From NCBI RefSeq assembly GCF_009914755.1, contig NC_060940.1: a stretch of DNA of 64,000 bases; one strand, given 5' to 3'. Numbering within the stretch: the first letter of the stretch is position 1; each line of letters begins with the position of its first letter. Of this stretch, positions 30,633 through 44,328 are shown one piece after another. The notes beneath the pieces are model-generated. The model was not told the origin of the DNA and ran no database searches. It worked only from the letters and a program-made list of their open reading frames with translations. Both the position numbers and the translations under genes were made by a program. This stretch comes from the human T2T-CHM13v2.0 reference genome, Homo sapiens.

Positions 30633-31255
30633 TATTGGGGGTCCCCAAGTCCCCCTTCGGTTTAATGATTCACATAACTCAAGAAAGCTGATTTTTTCTG
30701 TGGTTATAGTTTCTAACAGTGAAATAAACCAGATTAAAATAATCAGAAGCATAAAAACACATAAAGTTGAGTCCAGGACAAACCAATTGTGAGCTTACAG
30801 GTGTCCTTTCATAGTGGGGACTTCACACTGACTAATATTCTTTACAATGGTGTGAGACAACATGTGTGAACTTGTTGTCAACTATGGAAGCTCAGTCAGT
30901 CTTGAGTCCAGGGATTTTATTAGGCTTCCACCACATATGCATCGAGCGTCCAGTGACTGAACTTAGCTACTTAGTTCCCAACCTCCCTATGCCCTAAGAG
31001 AGGTCATATTAATATGGCATTACACAAAGTCATAGGCATACAGAAACAGGTGTTCACAAGAAATCACGTTGTTAGCATCAGCTCTTTGATATGACCTAAG
31101 TTTTCAGGTATACAAAGACTCTCATCAGGCAGCATATACCAAGGGCTCTTAGGTTATCATCTCCCAGGAGCTTGTCAAGGGCCAGTCCTGAAGACCTTAG
31201 GAATGAACAAGGGTTTGGAAAGCCATGTCTGCAGAATTAAACCTTCATTACACAA
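30633..31255 (-). mobile_element. MER21/MER77-like LTR
   Basis: tattgggggtccccaag..aatgattcac..aactcaagaaagctg..ggttatagtttctaacagtgaa..cagattaaaat. Confidence 0.5.
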
Positions 31256-31374
31256 TCTCCAAGAATTTTTTTATCATTAAAAATGTTTTTTGATCTTTGA
31301 CAATGTACCAACCAATACTGAGTAATTAGTAACAACAGTGTACTCCTGAGTACTTGCACCTGCAAGGAGAAAAA

Positions 31375-31442
31375 GGACAGATACACTTACATAGGACAGA
31401 TGCACTTACATAGGACAGATGCACTTGCATAGGACAGATGCA
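31375..31442 (+). repeat. 19-bp minisatellite, ~3.5 copies
   Basis: (ggacagatgcacttacata)x3 plus ggacagatgca. Confidence 0.9.
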
Positions 31443-31657
31443 AATAGACACCACTATGACAAGTAAAGCTGGAATAATCAATAAATTCCTAAAGACAAAG
31501 TGGGGCTGGTGAGATTGGGAGACTGTTGACAGCTGCAGAAGTTGGGAAAGATCCATCATCTTGAAAACTTTTTCCCCACAAACTCACTGCCATCTCTCAA
31601 GCAATTGGTAAGCATTCCAAGAGAGCCTGTATATGACACAGATCAGGGAGAGCAGAA

Positions 31658-31940
31658 CACTTGGGAGGTGACGAGGTCTTGGGGGCCGAGACCTTATGAA
31701 TGAGATTAGTGCCTTTATAAAAGAAGCTCAGTGGAGTTCCTGTGTGCCTTCCACTATGTGAGGACATAGAAAGAAGGCACCATCTATGAACCATGAAATG
31801 GGCTCTCATCAACACTGAATTTGTGAGCATCTTGGCCTGAGATCTTACAGTCTCAAGAAGTGTGAAAAAAGAAATATCTGTTGTTTTTTAGTCACCCAGT
31901 TTATGTTATTTTGTTATAAGAGTCCACATAGACCAAGATA
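31658..31940 (+). mobile_element. MLT1A-like MaLR LTR fragment
   Basis: atgaatgagattagtgcctttataaaaga..atgtgaggaca..aagaaggcaccatctatgaacca..cacccagtttatgttattttgttata. Confidence 0.75.
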
Positions 31941-32099
31941 TTCCACTTAATATGTAGGGGAAGACAACAAAAATGGCCACACTTAGAATACTCCTGATGC
32001 TGGGAGTATGAAAACAGGAAAAACAAAACAAAACTGCTCTTGAAGGTGAAGGAGGAATATCACTGAGCTCACCAACACAGCCAGGAAAAGAACAGAAGT

Positions 32100-32810
32100 G
32101 TGACAAGGCTACATTCCTGAAATCCTGAGAAAAAGTACCTGCATAAGACTGAGATGAAATTACCTACACAATTTATGATTGAAATCCCAAAAAGAAAAGA
32201 GGAAAAAATAATGTAGCAAAATAAATATATTTCAAAATAACTGCCAAAAATATTCTAAAAGAAGTGACAGAAAATCCAACTTCAGATATAGGAAACTCAG
32301 AGAATGTCAAACAGAACAAAAATAAATAAGAATTCCATCTTGAAAAGTCTTTAAAAAATCAACTCTAAATTTTATATCTTTCTCCAAATATATAGAGATA
32401 TAAATAGGTTATCATCAAGATATGGAGAAAGCCATATCATGGAAACACTAAAATAAAGCTGTGGAAGGACTACATTGATATTAGACACAACAGAGTTCGG
32501 AACAAGAAATAGTATCAGAGATGAGAGATAATAAATAATATAATAATAAATTCTCAAGATGTAAACATCTTACTAATTAGGATATGCAGCTAACAACAGA
32601 ACCTCCAAATACATGAGGTAAAACAGGAAAGAAATCAAAGGTGAAATACAAAAATCAAAAATTATATTTGCAGACTTCAACACTTTTGTCTTAGTAATGG
32701 AAAGACTAGGCACAAACTCAGTAATCATGTGGAAAATAAGAACAACAATATCACCAACAAGACATCCAATCTTCAATGGCAGATACTCTTTCCTTTCAAG
32801 TGAAAAGAAA
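32100..32810 (+). mobile_element. Old L1 (L1M) ORF1/ORF2-start remnant
   Basis: 32584 onward translates YAANNRTSKYMR*NRKEIKGEIQKSKIIFADFNT, matching the L1 endonuclease domain. Confidence 0.7.
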
Positions 32811-32857
32811 ACAGTATGGCATATTGTCTAACAAACCCAGAATTTCTAATATTTGCG

Positions 32858-33355
32858 TTCTTCCTTCCTTCTTTCCATCTTCCTTTCTCTTCTCTTCCCT
32901 TGCCTTCTTCCTTCCTTTCTTCTTTTCCGCTTTCTTTTCCTTTCTTTTTTCTCCTTCCTTCCTTCTTTCCTTCCCCTTATTCTTCCTTCCCTCCTCCCTC
33001 CCTTGCTTTCTCCTCCCTTTTCTTCCTCCTTTTCTCTTATTCTTTCTCACTTTCTTTCCTTTTTTCTCCCTTCCTCCCTCCCTTTTTTCCTTCCTCCCTC
33101 CCTTCCTTTCCTGTTTCCTTCCTTCCTCCCTTCTATTTTCTTTGTTTGCCTTCCTCCCTTTTACCATTCTCTCTTCCTCCTTTCCTTCCTCCTTCCTTCT
33201 TTTCTCACTTTCTTTCTCTCTTTCTTGACTTCTTGCTTTCTTTTTTCTCCTTTCCTGCCTTTCTCCCTTCCTCCCTCCCTCCCTTCTCTCATTTCCTCCT
33301 TTTCTTTCTTCTTTCCTTCCTTCCTTCTTTTTTCTTTCTTTTCTTTCTTTCTCTT
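32858..33355 (+). repeat. Polypyrimidine (CT-rich) low-complexity tract
   Basis: ~500 bp almost entirely C/T (ttcc, tttc, ctcc motifs). Confidence 0.95.
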
Positions 33356-33442
33356 TACTACAATTCATATTATTTTAAAAAATTAAGAAAGAGAGGCAGA
33401 AAAATAAAGAACACTTTAATCTTCAGGCAAATAGATTATGTC

Positions 33443-33561
33443 TGCTGTAGAGAAAATAATGGCCTCCCAAAAATGTTCATGTCCTAATTACCGGAGTCTA
33501 ACATACAAATATGTTAGGTTGCATGGCAGTGGGAAATTTGATTTCAAGTGAAATTAATGTT
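33443..33561 (+). mobile_element. MLT1D-like LTR 5' fragment, truncated by the GC-rich repeat
   Basis: tgctgtagagaaaataatggcctcccaaaaatgttcatgtcctaat..aatatgttaggttgcatggca. Confidence 0.7.
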
Positions 33562-33564
33562 CCA

Positions 33565-35790
33565 AAGGCAGCGGGGGCAAAAAGCCACGGTGGCAAAAAG
33601 GCGCGGCGGCAGGGGCAAAAAGCCACAGCGGCGGTTGGAGAAAGACACGGCAGTGGGGGAAAAAAGCCACGCTGAGGGGGTAGAAATCTGCTGAGGTGGG
33701 TCAAAAAGCAGCAGGTGTGGGGGCAAAGAAACACAAAAAGCCGCAGCAGCTGGGGGAAAAGGCTGCTGCGGCTGGGGTAAAAAGCCACAATGGCTGGGGT
33801 AAAAAGCCATGGTGGCAGGGGGCAAAAAAGCTGCAGCGACAGGGGCGAAAAGCTGCAAAAAGCCAAGGCAGTGGGAGCAAAAACTTCGGCGGCGGAGGCA
33901 AAAAACCATGGTGGCAGGAGCAAAAAGCCACGGCGGTGGTGGTTAAAAAAATAGCTGCGGTGGCAAAAACCCGTGACGGGGGCAAAAACCCACAGTGGCA
34001 GTGGAAAAAACAGCGGTGGCAAAAAGCCACAGAAGTGGGGGCAAATAGCCCCGGCGGCGGGTGCAAAAAGCCGCAGCAGGGAGGGCAAAAAGCCTTGGCT
34101 TCGGGGGCAAAAAGCTGCAGCAGCAAAAAGCTGTAGCTGCGGGGGCAAAAAGCCATGGCAGCGGGAGGCAAAAAGCCGCAAAAACAGCGGCAGCCAGAAC
34201 AAACACCAAGGCGGCAAAAAGCCTCAGTGGCGGGGGCTAAAAGCCAAGGCGGCGGGGAGTAAAATGCCTCAAAAAGCCGTGGTGGCGAGGGCAGAAAGCT
34301 GTGGCTTCGGGGACAAGAAGCCATAGCGGCGGGGCAAAAAGCCACGGCGGCGAGGGCAAAAAGCTGTGGCTTTGGGGGTAAAAAGCCGTAGTGGCGGGGC
34401 AAAAAGCCACGGCGGCAAGGGCAAAAAGTTGTGGCTTCGGGGGCAAAAAACCATAGCAGCGGGGCAAAAAGCAGTGGTGGCGGCGGGGCCAGAAAAACCA
34501 CAAAATCCCGCGGCGATGGGGGGAAAAGCTGCAGGGGCAAAAAGCCGCAGCAGCAGGGGGAAAAAAGCCGTAAAAAGCAGCAGCGGCGGGGGGGCAAAAA
34601 CCGTGGCGGCAAAAAGCCTCAGCGGCAGGAGCAAAAAGCCATGGCGGCAGGGGCAAAAACCGCAGTGGAAAGAAGACTCAGTGGCAGGAGCAAAAACGAT
34701 GGCTGTGGGGGGCAAAAAGCCATGACTGCAAAAACTGCGGAGTGTGAGCCCAAAAAGCCATGGCGGTGGGGATAAAAAGCCACAGCTGCAAAAAGCAGCG
34801 GTGGTGGGGATAAAAAGCCGTGGCGGCAAAAACCCGCAGCAGCACAGGCAAAAAGCCGTGGCAGCAGGGGCAAAAAGCCACGGTGGCAGGGGCAAAAAGC
34901 CGCGGCGGTGAGGGCAGAAAGCTGTGGCTTCGGGGGCAAATAAACACGGCGGCCAAAAGCCGTAGTGGCAGGGCAAAAAGCTGCAGCAGTGGGGGCAAAA
35001 AGCAGCGGGAGCGGGTGCAAAAACCCACAAAAACCCATGGCAACGGGAGGAAAAAGCCATGGTGGCAAAAAGCCACAGTGGCGGGGGGTAAAAAGCCATG
35101 GCGGTGAGGGGGCAAAAAGCCACAAAAAGCAGCGTCGGCGGGGACAAAAACCACGGCGGCAAAAAGCCTCAGTGGCAGGAGCAAAAAGCCATGGCGGCGG
35201 AGGCAAAAAGCCGTGGCAGCAAAAACCCGTGGTGGCAAAAACCCGTGGTGGCAGGGGCAAAAAGCCGTGGCTTTGGAGGCAAAGAGCCGTGGCTGTAAAA
35301 AGCCATAGTGGCGGGAGCAAAAAGCCACAAAAAGCCACGGTGGCGGGGGCAAAAGCCACGGCGCCGAGGGCAAAAAGCCGTGGCTTCGGGGGCAAAGAGC
35401 CGCAGTGGCAAAAAGCTGCAAAAAGCCAAGGTGACGGGGCAAAATGCCACGGCGGCGGGGTTAAGAAGCCACGGCGGCGGGGCAAAAAGCCGTGGCGGGA
35501 GAAACCCGCAGCAGCGAGGGCAAAAATCCATGGCAGCAGTGACGAAAAGCCACAGCAGCGGTGGCAGAAAGCCGTGAGGCGGGGGAAAAATCCGCAGCAG
35601 CGGGGTCAAAATGGCACTGCAGCGGGCACCAAAAGCCACAGAAAGCCCCAGTGGTGGGTCAAAGAGTCGCAAAAAGCACCAGCGTTGGGGGCAAAAAGCC
35701 GCAGAGGCGGTGGCAAAAAGCAACGGAGGCAAAAACCCACGGCAGTGGCGACAAAAAGCAGTGGTGGCAAAAAGCCGCGGTGGCAGGGGC
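33565..35790 (+). repeat. GC-rich GCAAAAAGC (GCTTTTTGC/'CAAAAAG') pericentromeric tandem repeat
   Basis: Degenerate ~16-22 bp units with consensus GGGGCAAAAAGCCGCGGCGGC. Confidence 0.9.
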
Positions 35791-35939
35791 ACAATAGTGG
35801 AAATGGGGTAGAAGACCAACTCAGCTTGGCATTCCTGGACTGTGATGTGGAAGGAAAAGTGCAGCGGAAGACAAAGATGTAAGTAGGCTTGACTCAGTGC
35901 AGCTAAGAACTCAAATGTTATCTTGATGTTATCTATCAA

Positions 35940-36065
35940 CTAATTTCTTGTATTTTAGTTGAGAAGGGGTTTTACCACGTTGGCCAAGATTGTCTGGATC
36001 TCCTGAGTTCATGATCCACGCACCTCAGCCTCCCAAAGTGATGGGATTAGAGGCATGAGCCACAA
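35940..36065 (-). mobile_element. Alu left-arm fragment
   Basis: taatttcttgtattttagt..accacgttggcca..cctcagcctcccaaagtgatgggattagaggcatgagccac. Confidence 0.85.
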
Positions 36066-37109
36066 ACTGCTCAAAAAACCTATTAATTAAAAAATGTGTA
36101 TGTAGCCATTTTCAATCTACCATGTCCATTAGCAGATAAACACTACAAGCAAAATAACAACAATAAAATAAACATAGACTTAGAGTAGATACTCTGATTT
36201 ATTTAATAAAAATTTGAAAGTAGACCAAATTACACTATGATAAAAAAAATCTGTTACTATTGAGGATGAGGGTTAGTGTTTGGAAAGGGGCAGGAGAAGT
36301 ATCACTATTTTTAGTAATGTTCTATTTTCGTACATGGCTATAAGCAAATACATGTGTTTCATTAATCAAGCTATCCATATTTAATCATTGTACTTTTCTG
36401 CATGTATGATATATGTCAATAAAATGTCTTAAATTATATACAGCAAAAATAGACAACACCACAAGAAGACATACACGAATGTTAAACCTAGAGAGAAATT
36501 TGAATATAAGTAAGTCTCTGAATGACTGCTAGAACAAACCGAAAAATAACCAAGATGGAGAGGTTTGGAACAGCATGACTAGCAAAATTGACATATCTGT
36601 CTTTTAATATAGGCAGAAACATAGTTAGATAAAAAAAGGACTTGTCTCAGAGTATGATTTCTGAAAATAGTGGAATCGACTTTGAATCTAGTAAGTACAT
36701 ATAAATAAATGTCTTAAAACTCCTCTTATGTTAGCTAATTAAGAAATATTATTGTAATAGATATTAGAAAATATTTTAATAAATTGAGTGGATTTCACAT
36801 GCTAAGGAAATGATCTTACTTGCATTTGATAGTTCAATTAGATACATATATACCTATAGGTAGTTTAAAATATTTCTAATAACCTTATATACTTTTAAAA
36901 AGCAGTGATATCTGTTTGCACTCTCTGGTCTATAGAGTACACATACCAAACATGATTATGGCTCTTCTGCTATAAACTTCAAATGTCTAATTAATACAAA
37001 AATCTAGAATGAGAAGAGTTCTTTGCATTTTTTTTTTTTACAAAATAGATTATAGGAAGGATAGCTACAAATATACCTGACACACTTATCTGTGAGTATG
37101 GTGTTAGCA

Positions 37110-37423
37110 TTTTTATTTTATTTTATTTTATTTTATTTTATTTTTGAGAGAGGGTATCACTTTGTCACCCAAGATGGAGTGCAGTCATGTGATTAGAGCT
37201 CAGTGAAGCCTTCACATACTGTGCTCAAGTGATTCTCCCACCTCAGCCTCCTGAGTAGCAGGGACTGCAGGTGCATGACACCATACTAGCTAATTATTGT
37301 AAAGATGGGGTTTCACCATGTTGCCCTCGCTGATCTCCATCTCCTGAACTCAAGAGATCTGGCCACGTTGGCCTCCCAAAGTGCTGGGATTATAGTTTTG
37401 AGGCACCGCGATCAGCCCAGCCT
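37110..37423 (-). mobile_element. AluJ with (TTTTA)n tail
   Basis: (tttta)n gagagagggtatcac..gctcaagtgattctcccacctcagcctcc..ggcctcccaaagtgctgggatta. Confidence 0.85.
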
Positions 37424-39187
37424 TAAAAAAGGCAGACTAGAGATCTTTATCTATGTATATCTATATCTATCTATAAAACAAACATATGTGTTTATTATAT
37501 AAAAATATATATTATTAATATTATATAAAAATTTTTTCTCAAGGTAGAAATATATAAAGAGGGTGCATGTAGAGCCTGGGGCATTGTGTAGTGAAGCTCA
37601 AGGCCTCTGAAGAAATGCCCCTTGCCTCTTTTGTCTGGGCTAGAATCCAAGAAGGGAAATCAGCAGATGCACTGGTTCCCAGGTTCTTGGCATAATACAG
37701 AGAGAAACATGTTTGAGGTAGGGTAGCGTTAAACAGCCTTGTTCTTACTCTCCTGTTTTATGTAGTGAGCAGAGACTAGCTTCATGAAAACAGACTGTGA
37801 CAGTCAAGGCTCTCTGATATTTTGTGCAGCATTCATTGAGAAATTCTAGCACCTGAAGACGTCTGGGCCATTTGAGGGTAGGTGCAGGGGAGGAAAGGGA
37901 AGTTTGCATCCCTCCTGCTGTGGAGAGAACCCGTGGGAAGCACAGACCTTGTCCTAACTGAAGGCAGACCCCCTTGCTAACCAGCTTCTCATCAGCCAAC
38001 CCTGGATGAGTTTCCATGTCTATTTACTAAATAATCCTTATTGCTTTTCTTCATATAGGCAAAGTATGGTTTACAGGGAATATTGTTCCCTTGAACACCC
38101 ATTGTGCAAATCCCTTTCTGTTGTGGGAAAACAGGCTTCCATATGTGTCTTATTGGGAAACACATAGGCAATTTCTATGTTTTTACTGCATCTATTTCAG
38201 GGATATGGGAACTGAATAGTGCCCATCAAAGGCTCACCTGATGTTGGAAATTGATCTGAGAGCGTGGAAGGACAGAATTATTTCTTTGTTCCTGGGCAGC
38301 GGTGGTTGAGGGATCATTTTGTGGCAGCTACAGTGGCAATGATGGAGGCAGAACGGAGGGCTCAGTACCAAGACGAGGAGAGATTTGGCCTCACAATGGC
38401 AGCATTGCAGGGGTGCGCTCTACAGAGCATTTGCTCACATGGTTTTGGGCATTGTCTCTAACTACATTGCTTCCCCAATAGGTTGACCCATTCTAAATAA
38501 CTCCTTTTCTCTTTAAAACAGAAAAGTTCATTTGTATGACTTGCAATTGTAAATGACACCAATTGGCCAGTTATCATTCAAATTCTCTGTTACTTAATCC
38601 TGCCTTTTCCTAACGTATGCAACTTTCCTTTAAAAAATTGGACACTTTGTTGCTTACTCATTGTCTTTACACATTTTAAAATGTTGCTTTATGCCCCCAA
38701 TCCCTAACTACATTTTCGATGTTTTGCAAGTGGAGTCCATGTGTTCTTGATTTACATGAAACTCAAAATAATGGTTATAGTAACTAGTACTTCATAATTA
38801 AGCAAAAAGCTCTTATTGAAAAATGACAGAACTATACATACAGATGACAACATGGAGAGATATTTCCTGAGATCACAAAGTTATGGTATGGCAGAACTAG
38901 AACTTTGAGTAGAGATTCTGTGTTCCTAATCATTATTTCTACCACCAGCTTTCTATTTTGATGTTAATAATGTTCTTGGGTGGGAAACCCTACATATTTG
39001 CCAATGTTTAGTTCATTGACAAAGAAATATAAAGAGCTTCAAGAACACTCTAATCTTTAAAAAATAAAATATCTATAATTGGCCATACGAAAAAATTGGT
39101 ACTTGACATATACTGAGATCGTTTAATTTTGTGCTAGACAAATGAAGTCATAGAACAGAATGTGCTTTAAATATTATGAATAGTGCT

Positions 39188-39216
39188 TGTGTGTGTGTTT
39201 GTGTGTGTGTGTGTGT
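39188..39216 (+). repeat. (TG)n microsatellite
   Basis: tgtgtgtgtgtttgtgtgtgtgtgtgtgt. Confidence 0.85.
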
Positions 39217-41329
39217 TTATAGATGCATATTAGGCCGCTGTAAAATTTTACTATTCTTTCCAGGAGAGAGACTGCCAACTTTTGAACCTAATTAGAACAA
39301 GTATATTGCTTCTTCATATTTTTATTAAGGCAAAGAGAGTCTAGTTAAAAGTAATTCAACTTATCATGGAAATGTTATAAATTGCTGTGAAGTGAGTTGC
39401 TGGCTATGGCTTGTCAGAGCAAGTATATTATACAAATCTTAGGGGAGAATTAGTGCTTATGCATTCAAATCAAATCATCTTGCAGCACACTGAGAAAAAG
39501 GTTAGATTTTTAAAATAATTTTGAAGTCATGAAAGGAGCAAATATGCTCAACTAAGAGCCTAGCAACCCTCAATGACCAATTCCCCTTTTATATAGTTTG
39601 GTATGTGAATTAGAATCCCAGAATCTACAAATTCCTCTGGGTGTGGGTGCTGCATTTTGAGGATTTTATAACACTGCCATCACCAAGCTCTCTTTTGATA
39701 TTCACTTTAAGGAGATAATTTACGGGAAACCAGAGAGCATAAAACAAAGTAGATATCTATCTATATAGATAGATACATCTCCATATCATTGATAGGATAC
39801 CTTCTGGCTGAGTGTGAGTACAACCTATGGCTGTGGTTGGAGAGAACATGTGTTCCACCTGAATGGCAGATCAGGATTATTCCTTCTCATCTGCTGCAAT
39901 GGCTCAATGTGTTAAGGAGAGGAGCGAGACAGCAAGAACTGCATTCATTCAGTCATACAGAACAAAAGGAGGAAAGTCGCCCAGCCCTCTAAACTGACCC
40001 AGAACCCAGATCATGTCTCAACTGCTACCTCTACTACTTAGAAAGAAGTAACTCCGCCAAAGCAGGGTCCTGGACAAATATATTTTTATTGATCTTATAC
40101 AAATAGATGAAGATGGACTTGGATGTTAAGAAAAATAATACTATAAAAAATGAAGAGTAGACAGTCCCTCCTAGACTTAAATTAAGAGTGTGTACATTAG
40201 ATAATTTAAACCAATGTATCAGGTAAAAACTTGAACAAACCTTTTGGCCTCTTCCATAAAATTCAGGGAAGCATGTCGTCCACAAAACAGAATCAAAATA
40301 TAAATGAAAGACTGGCTTAAGATGAAAGGAAACCTTATAAATGAAAAGAAGCGAGATGAGAGACACTTAACTGAGAATGAAAAAAAACTGAGTGGACAAA
40401 ATAATCAAGAGAAGATGAATCTTCAAATCAGAAAGAGGGAAAAAAGCTCATTTGATACTATGGGAACTCAAAAGAGAGTGAACACAAATGTAAAAATTCC
40501 AAGAGTACAGAAAAGTAGCATAACTAAATTAAGAGCATGAGAAAATGTATACAATTCTGAGTAATAAGAACAGAAATCAAAAGTTAGTATTGTAAGTTAT
40601 ATTTTAGTAGAGCAACACTGAAGATGAATGAAAACAAGAAATAATATTAAATATGAACATAAGGAGAACAGAATAATATTTTTAAAATTTTTACTTTCTA
40701 AGTTTACCTGAAATTTTAATTTTGGTTTCTTATGTAATACCAGAGTTATTAGGAAGGTATTAGCTAATAACACTATTTTCAGTGACATTTTAAGTATTTG
40801 TCCTAGAAAAATTTATATTTTTATAAAATGTATATTTAAAAATACATTGTGTGTATATACATCAATCATATGTATCGATTTCTGTTTTTTTTTTGAATTG
40901 CAAATGAAATTTGTATTTTTGTGTTCCTGGAATAAAATAAACTTGAATGGATTGTAATATATTATTCATGCTGTACTTCAATGTATTTGAATTATTTAAG
41001 AATGTTACATTTATAGTTAACAGATATTGGCCTATAAATTTTCTTTCCTATAATGATGCTGTGAGACAATCTAAGAAGAATTAAAATTTAAATTCATGTA
41101 TTCCTACATTTTCCTCTGTTCTCTAACTGTAATATGTTTTAAATACAGATGGAGGAACAGATAGATGTTTGATAAATAGGTGTATAATAGACAGATCATC
41201 CAAAATTCTTATTCTTATGGTTTTATGTAGTCAGTAATTATCTCTATTTTTCTACATGTTTATCCTTCCAATTTAGCTCATTACTTCCTGCACCTTTGAT
41301 GTCATATACATAAACAGGAAATAACACAT

Positions 41330-42040
41330 GGTGGCCAGGATGTAGAGAGAGCCACAGGACTTGTGAATAAAATCCACAGGCAAGGATGTGGCAATTCGTT
41401 TTGCAGTATTGGAGGGAATGCCAAACGCTATGTTTGCTGTGGAAAAGAGTATGGTAGTTCCTCAAAACATTAAAATGGTACTGCCATATGATTCAGCAGC
41501 TTCACATCTCAGGATAGTAAAAGAATTGAAAGCAGAGTCTTGAAAAAATATTTGCACATCCATGTTTGCAGCAGCTTTATTGGCAATAGCTAAAACGTAG
41601 AAGCAATTGAAGTGTCCAACAACAGATGAAAGGATAAGCACAATATGATATATGCATACAATGGAATATTATTCAGCCTTAAACATGAGGGAAATATTCT
41701 GACATATGTTGCAACTTGGATGAAACTTGAGGATATTATGCCAAGTGAAATAAGTTAGTCAGTGAAGGACAAATAGAGTATAATTCCATTTGTATTAAAG
41801 TGGACAGAATCATAGAGATGGTACAATGATGGTTGCCAGAAGCTGGGGGGAGGAAGAAATGGGGAAGTATTGTTTAATGGGTATAGAGTTTCAGTTTTAC
41901 AAGATGAAACGAATTATGGAGATGGATGGTAGGGACGGCTGCACAATGTTAAGACTATATTTAATACCACTGAACTGTACACTTAAAATTGTTAACATAG
42001 TACATTTTATGTTATGTGTATTTTACCACAATAAAAAAAT
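41330..42040 (+). mobile_element. Old L1 (L1MB-like) 3' region
   Basis: gctgtggaaaagagtatggtagttcctcaaaa..atacaatggaatattattcagccttaaa..ccactgaactgtacacttaaaa..ccacaataaaaaa. Confidence 0.85.
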
Positions 42041-42133
42041 GAAATGCCTTAAGAATATTTTCATGAAAAAGCCCACATAAAATTCATTTTAATGCACGTG
42101 TTTATGCATAGCTTTCTATTTTTCTCTTTTCTC

Positions 42134-42204
42134 TTTATATTCCAAATTAAAAAAGGTGTTTTATTTCCAAATTAAAAAGGTGTTTATATTCCAAATTTAA
42201 AAAA
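42134..42204 (+). repeat. ~24-bp microduplication, ~3 copies
   Basis: ttatattccaaattaaaaaaggtgt / tttatttccaaattaaaaaggtgt / ttatattccaaatttaaaaaa. Confidence 0.85.
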
Positions 42205-43003
42205 TCCAAAGGTACAGTCAACTACAAAAAAAAAGCTTAGTCTCATTAATCATTATGAAAATGCAAATGGTAACCGAAAGAAGATAAAACTACAATTCAA
42301 AGAGAAACCCTAAAATTTCAACCCCCCAAAAAGTCTGGGTTTTGGAGATCTGGGATGGAATAGGGTTCCTAACCTCCTAACCTGACATCAATGAAAGAAC
42401 CAAACTAACTTCAAAGTCATGACTTTATTTTTATAGCAACGAGGTTGCCAAGAACTGAGTCAAAATGTGAGGGAAAACAAGCACCTGCAAGGAGAAAGAG
42501 GACAGATGCACTTACATAGGACAGATGCAAATAGACACCACTATGACAAGTAAAGGTGGAATAATCAATAAATTCCTAAAGACAAAGTGGAGCTGGTGAG
42601 ATTGGGAGACCGCTGACAGCTTCAGAAGTTGGGAAAGATCCATCATCTTGAAAACTTTTTCCCCACAAACCCACTGCGATCTCTCAAGCAATTGGTAAGG
42701 AATCCAAGAGAGTCTGTATATGACACAGATCAGGGAGAGCAGAACACTTGGGAGGTGAACAGGTCTTGGGGGCCGAGCCCTTATGAATGGGATTAGTGCC
42801 TTTATAAAAGAAGCTCAGTGGAGTTCTTTTGTGCCTTCCACTACGTGAGGACATAGAAAGAAGGCACCATCTATGAACCATGAAATGGGCTCTCATCAAC
42901 ACTGAATTTGTGAGTATCTTGGCCTGAGATCTTACAGCCTCAAGAAGTGTGAAAAAAGAAATATCTGTTGTTTTTTAGTCACCCAGTTTATGTTATTCTG
43001 TTA

Positions 43004-44328
<1,325 letters not shown>

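Larger units (their letters stand above)
31356..33561 (+). repeat. Small duplicon, copy 1 (paralogue 42481-45872)
   Basis: gcacctgcaaggagaaa.. to ..atttcaagtgaaattaa is shared. Paired ORFs 31597/42684 and 32372/44536. Confidence 0.95.

Noticed and set aside
32776-33487. Phe/Leu/Ser- and Lys/Glu/Arg-rich ORFs (also 44864-45761)
   Set aside because: Products of the polypyrimidine tracts.
33498-35939. Long ORFs up to 305 aa on both strands
   Set aside because: Stop-poor GC-rich repeat with overlapping frames open on both strands.
31375-42204. Short direct repeats as a CRISPR-like array
   Set aside because: Primate DNA, contiguous tandem units without unique spacers, and no cas genes.
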